From the NCBI GenBank assembly GCA_012961845.1, contig DTYO01000281.1, positions 1 to 32,224 on the forward strand: DNA of 32,224 nucleotides. The letters are read 5' to 3'. The DNA is from Thermodesulfobacteriaceae bacterium (GTDB taxonomy: Bacteria; Desulfobacterota; Dissulfuribacteria; Dissulfuribacterales; UBA3076). Below, in pieces: positions 25,074 through 32,224 of the stretch (position 1 is its first letter; every line of letters begins with the position of its first letter). The notes below the pieces were generated by a model. That model had not been told where the DNA came from, did not search any database, and saw only the letters and a program-made list of their open reading frames with translations. A program made the position numbers and the translations under genes.

Positions 25074-25212
25074 ATGGTGCCTCTAAAAATCAGGTATTTA
25101 GTTCCGGAACAAAGCGCACTAAAAAAATAACCGCAGACAATGTAGTGATATCTCGAGGATTGCTTCTTGAGTACAGCACAGTTATGGACAGAAAGACACA
25201 TTTTAGAGGTGT
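25074..25212 (-). repeat. MITE-like interspersed repeat, family 2, copy R2 (139 bp)
   Basis: The clearest terminal inverted repeats in the family: ggtgcctctaaaaat at the left end and attttagaggtgtcc at the right end. Its core matches R3 over about 38 nt with one mismatch (aatcctcga.atatcactacattgtctgcggttatttt). It fills the gap between the convergent TauE and MCP genes. Confidence 0.8.
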
Positions 25213-25228
25213 CCTTGTGGAATCTTTG

Positions 25229-27151
25229 TCAGATTTTGCCCTCCGCCCTTTCAATGATCTCCCGGCTGATCCTGTATCTTTTCAGCAGGTGGTTGAGCTC
25301 GGCTGTGAGTTTCAGGATTTTGCCCTTGGATTCCGAGATGACCTCCGCATTTCCAGACACGGTCATTGCCTGACCTGCAAGATTCTCAGTGTCGGCAACA
25401 ACGTGATCCACTCCTGACTTCATGTCCTCTATGTTCATGTGGATCTCGGAAAGGGTTGCAGTCTGTTCTTCGGCGGCGCTTGCAATAGTATTTGAAAGGT
25501 TGCTGAGTTCAGCGATGATTTTTGTTATATCATCCGTTGCAACAACCGCCTGGTCAGTATCACTCTGGATGGCCTGAATCATATCTGAAATCCGTTTTGT
25601 CGCATCTGTAGTCTGGCTGGCAAGTTCTTTTACCTCGTTTGCCACTACGGCAAAGCCCTTTCCGGTTTCTCCAGCCCGTGCAGCTTCAATGGTAGCGTTC
25701 AAGGCCAGAAGATTGGTCTTTTCGGCAATGGCCTGAATCACCTGGGTGATGGATCCGATCTGTCCGGAGTTCCTGCCCAGGCTGTGAATTACCGAATCGG
25801 CAGCGCGTGCTTTTTCCATGGCATCATGAGAATGGGCTGCTGCAGCGGCTATGGTGCTTCCGATCTCTTCGCTTGCAGCTACCATGGCGTTCATGGAATT
25901 GGCAACCTCTTCGATGTTGGAGGCAATGCCTGTGACGGAGTCTGCGATGTCTCTTGAGGCTTCACCCAGCCGGAGAGACTCTTTTTTCAGGTCCTCTTCT
26001 ACACTGCTCATCTTCTCAGAAGATTCTTCAAGATCTGAAGCATTGGTTTTCAGGGTGAAAAAAATGCTGCCGAACTTGAGGAGGAGATCGTTGGCCATCT
26101 GAGAAAGGCGACCTATCTCGTCACGGCTGCTGACCGGTGCAGTACTGGTAAAATCTCCTTTTGAAAAACGCTCCATGAAGTGGATGAACTGCGAAAGGGG
26201 CTTGAATGTCACTGTTATTACATAGGCCAGGATAGCCACTGAGATCAAAGACCCCGTTCCAAGAACGGACAGGAGCCCTGCGAGGGTCACCTTGAGCGCA
26301 TGTTTTTCCCGGCTGCCATCATATACTAGCAGGAAAAGCCCCGCCTGTTTTTCCTTGTCAGAAAGTGGAAAAGTCATGATATGGCGGTTGCCTGCCGCGA
26401 TAATCCTGCCTGGTTCAGTGCGGAGTACCTGTTTCAGCTTACCACGGATTTCTGCAACCGTTGAAGAAGGCTTCATGGTGGTCTGAGTCACAACAATATC
26501 ACCCGACTCAGCGGTCCGGCTGTTGTCGGCCGAAGGCGCAAGCCATGCAAAATCAACCAGAGCATTGTTCCCCTTGTTTTTCCTGAAGACAGAGTGCAGC
26601 GATACGTTGAAGCAGACGATGCCTGCGAATTCGGCATTATAAACCACAGGAGCCATACAACGGATATGAGGTCCGTCGGCCGCCACGGTGAGACGACTTT
26701 CCCTGCTTCTCTCATTGAGAACACGGCGGTCCAGGCCAAGTTCTTCCATGGATAGACCGGACAGTTCCGGATGGCCGGAGGCAAATACGGTATTCCCGTC
26801 GGCATCGATAAAGCAGAAATAGCCCGACAGAAATCTGCCGGCCTTCAACGATTTAATCAGAGGATCCGTGATGTCCTTGAGTATTCCAGGATCCCTGAGG
26901 GCAAGGGCAAACTGGATGTCGTTGTTGGCGGCCATGTTTTCTGCCAGCAGTAGTCCGGTAGAGGCTGTATCCTCCATGCTGTTCGTGAACTGCTGCCTGA
27001 AAAAATTCAGGCTGTCCTTGATCTGGATCTCGTTTGAACGTGACCATCTGTCAAAAACAACGTAACCGGAGAAACCGGAAAAGAACAGTAGGCAGGTAAC
27101 TACAGGCAGAATGATCTTGACACTGATGGAAAGATCGCTGAAGTGCTTCAT
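25229..27151 (-). CDS. methyl-accepting chemotaxis protein (periplasmic Cache-like sensor, HAMP, MA domain)
   Basis: 640 aa with an N-terminal TM helix, a sensor region of about 270 aa, a second TM helix and a HAMP domain. The signalling hairpin is highly conserved ([31 protein letters not shown]). Confidence 0.92.
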   Translation of the reverse strand: MKHFSDLSISVKIILPVVTCLLFFSGFSGYVVFDRWSRSNEIQIKDSLNFFRQQFTNSMEDTASTGLLLAENMAANNDIQFALALRDPGILKDITDPLIKSLKAGRFLSGYFCFIDADGNTVFASGHPELSGLSMEELGLDRRVLNERSRESRLTVAADGPHIRCMAPVVYNAEFAGIVCFNVSLHSVFRKNKGNNALVDFAWLAPSADNSRTAESGDIVVTQTTMKPSSTVAEIRGKLKQVLRTEPGRIIAAGNRHIMTFPLSDKEKQAGLFLLVYDGSREKHALKVTLAGLLSVLGTGSLISVAILAYVITVTFKPLSQFIHFMERFSKGDFTSTAPVSSRDEIGRLSQMANDLLLKFGSIFFTLKTNASDLEESSEKMSSVEEDLKKESLRLGEASRDIADSVTGIASNIEEVANSMNAMVAASEEIGSTIAAAAAHSHDAMEKARAADSVIHSLGRNSGQIGSITQVIQAIAEKTNLLALNATIEAARAGETGKGFAVVANEVKELASQTTDATKRISDMIQAIQSDTDQAVVATDDITKIIAELSNLSNTIASAAEEQTATLSEIHMNIEDMKSGVDHVVADTENLAGQAMTVSGNAEVISESKGKILKLTAELNHLLKRYRISREIIERAEGKI

Positions 27152-27173
27152 GGTTTTGACCCGTGCAAGATTG

Positions 27174-27908
27174 TCAATTTAGAGGGAACATTATGCTGAT
27201 AGCGCCCCTGAGTTCACCCTCCCTGTAGCCCTCTTTCTTCCTGCCGGCTATATCAGTTGCACCTTTCGGGTCGCCATGGCACTTGAGACATGCTTTCTTT
27301 ATATAAATTGGTTTCAGATAGCGGTAGTCCTTCCCTGTCTGTTCTCCGTAGCCCTGTCCTTTGGGATAATCGGGATTTTCAAACTTCTTCAGGATAGTTT
27401 TTTCATAGGAATCTGGCTGGTTGTAGGCACTTCTGTATTTAAATGTGGTCTGCTTGATGATGATGTTGCATCGCCTCTTGAGTATCTGGCCGGTTTCACG
27501 GCCAAAGACAGCGGGTATATAGCCCTTGAAACCCTTTCCTGCTCTGTTTATCCTGGGCTGATTCATTTTTACGCTCATTTTGGCGGCTGTGATTACCTGT
27601 TCCACGATTGCCCGGGTTTCCGGATCGAGACCTGAGATGTCCCTGTCTGTCATTTTCCTGAAACGATCTCTGATCTGTGATTCCACGAACTCAGGAGTAA
27701 AGCCCTTGTCCTCCTTGTCGGGGTTGTTGATAAGGGCTTGGTTTTCGGCCACAATTCGCCTGCCTGCTATGATCACATCAGCTATGCAGGTTGCTGTTTC
27801 CAGGGCCTTGTCCCTGCTTATGGACCCGCAGGCCTGGACGGAACTGCAGGTCAAAAGAAAAACCACGGCAGCCATGAAAACTGGTGCCCCTGAAAAAAGG
27901 ATTCTCAT
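27174..27908 (-). CDS. DUF3365 (Tll0287-like) c-type haem domain protein, secreted
   Basis: The start has a signal peptide ([26 protein letters not shown]) and a GGAGGA RBS 8 nt upstream. A single CXXCH motif is present (CLKCH), with a DUF3365-like C-terminal GELRGAISI. The stop is 22 nt upstream of the MCP start. The ORF track extends to 27974. Confidence 0.78.
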   Translation of the reverse strand: MRILFSGAPVFMAAVVFLLTCSSVQACGSISRDKALETATCIADVIIAGRRIVAENQALINNPDKEDKGFTPEFVESQIRDRFRKMTDRDISGLDPETRAIVEQVITAAKMSVKMNQPRINRAGKGFKGYIPAVFGRETGQILKRRCNIIIKQTTFKYRSAYNQPDSYEKTILKKFENPDYPKGQGYGEQTGKDYRYLKPIYIKKACLKCHGDPKGATDIAGRKKEGYREGELRGAISIMFPLN

Positions 27909-28101
27909 CTCTCTGGTCCTCCATTTAAATCCTGTAATCCTTTCCATAAGTTCCTCCTTTTCTGTATGTCTCACTTATCGAAAGATGAAAAAAAAGAATA
28001 AGAGATTTTATCCATTATTTTACTTGGAAAATCTCCTTCGGATTTCCGACGTCCAGCAGTAGAGCAGACGAGTCCCGGGTGAAGGACTGCCCCGGTTTTA
28101 T

Positions 28102-28358
28102 CCCGGATTATTCGCTTTAACAGCTAGGCAAATGCTAATAATCTTAAATTACAGCAGATTATGTAACATAGTGAGGCAAAAAACTGCGCCCAAAAGGTGT
28201 AACGAATTCATTGAAAAAGTGTTCGACATTTGAAGCCGGACGGAGGAGCGCTATTTCACCAAATCTGCTGCATTGTCAAGGGATTGAAGTACCAAAACAC
28301 GTCTGCACTTCCTCCACTTTACATCTTCTGCAAACTCGCTAACCGAATTATCAGGGTT
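28102..28358 (+). repeat. MITE-like interspersed repeat, family 1, copy B (about 257 bp)
   Basis: See copy A for the alignment. The termini are cccggattattcgc and the reverse complement ccctgataattcgg. TTTAT occurs directly on both flanks (28097-28101 and 28357-28361). It lies between the divergent DUF3365 and miaB genes. Confidence 0.8.
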
Positions 28359-28441
28359 TATGCCGCGCTCCCGGCGCAGACTCCTGTCAGGCAAATGAGT
28401 TTTCAATATCGGGAATTTGTGGTTATATTCCGGTATGGAAA

Positions 28442-29908
28442 ATGATGCTGGACAGCCACCGGAGCTGTCCCGACGGATTGAAGAGCACGATGAAGAACTT
28501 GATATTTGACAGATCAGACGATGTCAGCACAGCAGACCTGAAAAAGCTTTACATTGCCACTTTCGGGTGCCAGATGAATGACTACGACTCCCAGAGGATG
28601 GCCCAGATCCTGCGTAACAGGTATGTACTGACGTCCCGGCCTGAAGAGGCCGATCTCGTATTGGTAAACACCTGTGCAATCAGGGAAAAGGCGGAAAACA
28701 AGGCATACAGTCTGCTGGGCAGGTTTAGAAAACTCAAGAAACTCAGGCCCGAAATGGTCATAGGCATTACTGGATGTGTTGCACAACTGGAGGGAGGTCG
28801 TCTGCTGCACCGGATGCCGTTTCTCGACCTTGTGATCGGACCCCTGGAGATATACAGGTTGCCAGAGATCCTTGAAGATGGTCGGGCAGCGGAAAAATGG
28901 CCGTCAGTGCATACGGAACTGGACAGGGATTTTTCAATCCCCCTGGTTCGGGCACCGCTTCCTGAGAACAATCCGGTGCGGACGTTCGTGACCATCATGC
29001 AGGGATGCGACAATTTCTGTACATACTGTGTCGTTCCCAATGTAAGAGGGCGCGAAATAAGCCGTCCTCCCGGGGATATCGTTGCAGAAGTCGAACATGT
29101 CCTAGCCCAGGGGGTAAGGGAGGTCATCCTGCTGGGACAGAATGTGAATTCCTATGGGAAGAAGAACAGGGACTACCCCTGTTTTAGCGGACTTCTGAGG
29201 GCTGTAGCCGGTGTGCCTGGCCTTGAGCGTCTCAGGTTTACCACCAGCCATCCGAGAGACCTGACATCCGATATCATGAAGTGCTTCAGGGAGGTTCCCC
29301 AGCTTTGTGAACATCTCCATCTTCCCGTCCAGTCCGGTTCTACGGGAATTCTGAAGAGAATGAATCGTCATTACACTAGGGACCAGTATCTGTCTACAGT
29401 GGACAGGCTCAAATCCATCTGTCCTGAAATTGTGCTGACTACAGATCTGATCGTGGGGTTTCCCGGCGAAACAGACAGTGATTTCCTTGATACACTGTCA
29501 TTGCTCGAAACGGTTGAGTTTGAACAGATATTCCCTTTCAAGTATTCGCCGAGGCCGGGCACCAGGGCTGCTTCGTTTGAAGACCAGGTGCCGTTACATG
29601 TCCAGAATGAACGGTTCGAGGAGGTGCTTAGGGTTCAGAACGAAATAGGTATGCGGCGCCACAAGGTACTGGAAGGCCGGAAGCAGGAGGTCCTCATAGA
29701 AGGGCCAAGCAGGGGAGATAGATCGGAAATTACGGGAAGGACTAGGGGGAACCACGTGATCAACCTGCCTGGGCCGGCAGAACTCGCCGGAGAAGTGGTG
29801 ACAGTTGAAATAGAAAGGGCGTGTTGTCATTCTCTCAGAGGAAGGCTGCCCGGATCTGTCTCTTTACAGGATGAAGGATTTACTTCTGTTACAAACGAAT
29901 TATATTAA
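28442..29908 (+). CDS. miaB: tRNA-i6A37 methylthiotransferase MiaB (radical SAM)
   Basis: It has a UPF0004 N-domain (YIATFGCQMNDYDS, VNTCAIREKAE), the radical SAM motif CDNFCTYC and a TRAM domain at the C-terminus. The start could instead be the ATG at 28490. Confidence 0.93.
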   Translation: MMLDSHRSCPDGLKSTMKNLIFDRSDDVSTADLKKLYIATFGCQMNDYDSQRMAQILRNRYVLTSRPEEADLVLVNTCAIREKAENKAYSLLGRFRKLKKLRPEMVIGITGCVAQLEGGRLLHRMPFLDLVIGPLEIYRLPEILEDGRAAEKWPSVHTELDRDFSIPLVRAPLPENNPVRTFVTIMQGCDNFCTYCVVPNVRGREISRPPGDIVAEVEHVLAQGVREVILLGQNVNSYGKKNRDYPCFSGLLRAVAGVPGLERLRFTTSHPRDLTSDIMKCFREVPQLCEHLHLPVQSGSTGILKRMNRHYTRDQYLSTVDRLKSICPEIVLTTDLIVGFPGETDSDFLDTLSLLETVEFEQIFPFKYSPRPGTRAASFEDQVPLHVQNERFEEVLRVQNEIGMRRHKVLEGRKQEVLIEGPSRGDRSEITGRTRGNHVINLPGPAELAGEVVTVEIERACCHSLRGRLPGSVSLQDEGFTSVTNELY

Positions 29909-29918
29909 TCAGAGGGAA

Positions 29919-29978
29919 TTTCCGGAAAATATCGGTGTTTCTTTGAATATCCATAAGGCACAGGGCTTTTCCGGAAAA
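29919..29978. promoter_or_regulatory. two copies of a TTTCCGGAAAA palindromic motif (candidate operator pair)
   Basis: agagggaaTTTCCGGAAAAtatc (core 29919-29929) and acagggctTTTCCGGAAAAatc (core 29967-29978) have centres 49 bp apart. They lie in the miaB-to-nuclease intergenic region. Confidence 0.3.
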
Positions 29979-30006
29979 ATCTCAAGTATCGCAGCCTGGA
30001 GTAATC

Positions 30007-30507
30007 ATGGAAAAAATTCCGATGTATGTTCATTCCATAACGCTGGATCCCGAATCTAATGCACCCATCCTTATACTGAAGGAAATAGATGGGGAACGGA
30101 CTCTCCCCATATGGATAGGCCTTCTGGAGGCAACAGCCATTGCCACAGAAATGGAAAAGATTTCCTTTGCCCGCCCCATGACCCATGACCTGTCCATGAA
30201 TCTGCTGAGGGCAATGGACATAGAGATAGAGAATGTGGAAGTGTCCGATCTCAGGGACAGCACCTATTATGCAACTATCAGGCTCAAGCAGGGAGGCCGG
30301 GTTGCAACCGAAGATGCCAGACCCAGCGATGCCGTTGCACTTGCACTCAGGGCCAAGGCCATGATTTACGTGAACGAGTCTGTTCTGGGTAAGATTCAGC
30401 CTGACAGAGAGGCCTCGGCAGTCATGGGGGAGGATACCACCGAGAAGGAAAAATGGACCAAGATCCTTGAAGAACTGGATCCTGACAAATTCAAATACAA
30501 GATGTGA
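30007..30507 (+). CDS. bifunctional nuclease family protein (DUF151/BFN domain)
   Basis: 166 aa with the typical N-terminal pattern (V.S...D....P...L.E..G.R.LPIWIG..EA.AIA......F.RPMTHDL). Confidence 0.82.
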   Translation: MEKIPMYVHSITLDPESNAPILILKEIDGERTLPIWIGLLEATAIATEMEKISFARPMTHDLSMNLLRAMDIEIENVEVSDLRDSTYYATIRLKQGGRVATEDARPSDAVALALRAKAMIYVNESVLGKIQPDREASAVMGEDTTEKEKWTKILEELDPDKFKYKM

Positions 30508-31169
30508 ACTTCATGCTGATGTTCGATCTCCACTGCCACAGTCTTTTCAGCGACGGAGAGCTGCTTCCGTCTGAGCTGGTCAGGAGGCTGGAAGTAAAGG
30601 GCTACGAAGCGGTGGCCATTACCGATCATGCCGACTCCTCGAATCTGGATTTTATCATTGAGAGGCTTGTAAGGGTTTCCCGTGATGTGAACCGGTTCAG
30701 CCGGACCATGCTGATCCCGGGTATAGAGCTGACTCACGTCCATCCTGAGCTGATCGGTCCCCTGGCATCAGAGGCCCGGAAACTGGGGGCCAAGATAGTG
30801 GTATGCCATGGAGAGACCATTACCGAGCCGGTCATACCCGGCACGAACAGGGCAGCCCTGGAGGCGGATATAGACATCCTGGCCCACCCCGGCCTGCTGT
30901 CCGAAGATGACTGCAGGATTGCAGCAGAACGGGGGATATTCCTCGAGCTTTCAGGGCGCAAGGGGCACAGTCTGACCAATGGACACGTAGCCGGTCTGGC
31001 ACGGAAATGCGGTGCCGGTCTGGCGATCAACTCAGATGGCCATGCACCGGATGACTTCATGACATCCGACAGGGCAAGACAGGTAGGCATGGGGGCAGGG
31101 CTCACTGCCGAAGAGGTGGAGAACCTGTACGAGGATGTATGGAAGTGGCTGTCCGGGCTGCTCCCCTGA
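30504..31169 (+). CDS. PHP-domain metal-dependent phosphoesterase (histidinol-phosphatase-like)
   Basis: It has the N-terminal FDLHCHSLFSDG motif and later HG and DGH motifs. The GTG start overlaps the upstream stop. The ATGs at 30513 or 30519 are alternative starts. Confidence 0.78.
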   Translation: MNFMLMFDLHCHSLFSDGELLPSELVRRLEVKGYEAVAITDHADSSNLDFIIERLVRVSRDVNRFSRTMLIPGIELTHVHPELIGPLASEARKLGAKIVVCHGETITEPVIPGTNRAALEADIDILAHPGLLSEDDCRIAAERGIFLELSGRKGHSLTNGHVAGLARKCGAGLAINSDGHAPDDFMTSDRARQVGMGAGLTAEEVENLYEDVWKWLSGLLP

Positions 31170-31187
31170 TTTTGCCGATCTTTCTTA

Positions 31188-31853
31188 TTATTCAGGTAGC
31201 GCCTTTATGAATTCGTCTGCCTGGGCAATGGATGTTTCCATGTCCCGGATCAGATCCCTCACGTCCAGCTCTATGCTTGAGACTTCCGCCTGAAGCCCGG
31301 CAATGGCCTGGGCGTTGAGGTTGTGCTTCAGATAAATGACCTGATCTCTCAGTTGTGTCAATACGGGATCCAAGCGATTCTCGGATTTTTCCATGGCCCT
31401 GTAGAGCCGGGCGTAACGCTCTTTAGTAAGCTTCAGCTTCTTGCGGCTTTTCCTCCTCAGATCTGTACTGGATATGGTTTCGATCTCTTGGTCCCATTCC
31501 TCGAATAGATCTGATGCTATATGGTCAATCTTTTCAATCCGGACCTTGACCGCTTCGGCCTTTTCTTCACACTCCTCATAGTCTGCCTTGAGGGCATTGT
31601 AGGTCTCCTCCAGGTCCCCTCCATGAAATCCTGTAAGTTCCTTAAGCCTGGTGAGAGCATCCTTGAACTGTTCGGTTGCCTCCATCTGTTCGTCGCGCAC
31701 TGCGCTCACGTTGTCTCTCAGTAGATCCCGCTTGTGTTTCCCTACCTGTTCCCATGCGGCGTAATACATGCTACTGCAGCTCTGGCACAGGGCCATTGAT
31801 ACCGTAAGAAACATCATGCATGTCAGAAACTGTGTGATTCCATCCTTTTTCAT
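31188..31853 (-). CDS. DUF2959 family lipoprotein
   Basis: It has a lipobox-like signal (LTVSMALC) and an AGGAG RBS. The coiled-coil body matches my recollection of DUF2959 (YYAAWEQVGKHKRDLL...LYLKHNLNAQAI). The ORF track extends to 31919. Confidence 0.75.
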   Translation of the reverse strand: MKKDGITQFLTCMMFLTVSMALCQSCSSMYYAAWEQVGKHKRDLLRDNVSAVRDEQMEATEQFKDALTRLKELTGFHGGDLEETYNALKADYEECEEKAEAVKVRIEKIDHIASDLFEEWDQEIETISSTDLRRKSRKKLKLTKERYARLYRAMEKSENRLDPVLTQLRDQVIYLKHNLNAQAIAGLQAEVSSIELDVRDLIRDMETSIAQADEFIKALPE

Positions 31854-32019
31854 TTGGGATTTGCTCCTGTTCTGTCTTCCGGTCATATGATGGCCTGTTT
31901 TATGATGCATGACCGACACGCCGATTATAAACCAGTTTCCCGCCTTATCAACAGGATCGATGTGTGTAAATCAGGTTTGCTGTATTTTTTTGGAGGCCTG
32001 ATGTATCGGCAAAATTCAG

Positions 32020-32155
32020 GGTACTCTAAAAAATGTCATTTTGCCCCATAAACCATATTGAACGTGAAAAATAATCCTCGAAATATCACTACATTGTCTG
32101 CGGTTATTTTGCTTGACTGCCTTGTTCTGGAACAAAAGCCTGATTTTTTGGAAGG
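32020..32155 (+). repeat. MITE-like interspersed repeat, family 2, copy R3
   Basis: It has the same core as R1 and R2 and the left terminus ggtactctaaaaaatg. The right terminus is degenerate (cctgattttttggaagg). Confidence 0.72.
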
Positions 32156-32181
32156 ATTAGAAGGATTAGTAGAAGGATTAG
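32152..32181 (+). repeat. short tandem repeat, GAAGGATTA x3
   Basis: Copies lie at 32152-32160, 32161-32169 and, after a 3-nt spacer, 32173-32181. Confidence 0.6.
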
Positions 32182-32224
32182 GGACAGGCAGATTATTCAG
32201 GTTCTACCGCTGGTGTTCTCTCGG

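Noticed and set aside
1-32224. Search for tRNA, rRNA, tmRNA, CRISPR arrays, integrase or transposase genes and toxin-antitoxin pairs.
   Set aside because: I saw no T-loop/acceptor-like tRNA architecture and no rRNA-like stretches. I saw no regularly spaced direct repeats and no ORF with recombinase or transposase motifs. Absence by eye is not proof; tRNAscan-SE and Infernal runs would be decisive.

Overview
This window looks like ordinary chromosomal, mostly housekeeping sequence. The gene content (Isf flavoprotein, DUF3365 haem sensor, CarD, stand-alone GOGAT) suggests a Deltaproteobacteria/Desulfobacterota-like anaerobe, but that is inference only. Intact genes, in order: polA, a 113-aa orphan ORF, an MrfA-like DEXH helicase fused to a DEDD exonuclease domain, DUF362, murJ, a cysteine synthase/cysteinyl-tRNA synthetase fusion, a glgA-like glycogen synthase, an iron-sulfur flavoprotein, rluD, carD, a stand-alone 1524-aa glutamate synthase, a TauE/SafE permease, a c-haem DUF3365 protein plus a methyl-accepting chemotaxis protein, miaB, a DUF151 bifunctional nuclease, a PHP phosphoesterase and a DUF2959 lipoprotein. 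Three things stand out. (1) A complete pstS-pstC-pstA-pstB operon in which every gene carries its own lesion. (2) Two families of short non-coding interspersed repeats with terminal inverted repeats (MITE-like), sitting in intergenic gaps with no transposase in the window. (3) The two gene fusions above. I found no rRNA or tRNA genes, CRISPR array, integrase or transposase gene, or recognisable multi-gene defence island. I do not claim a new multi-gene system; the findings are hypotheses ranked by how far the sequence supports them.
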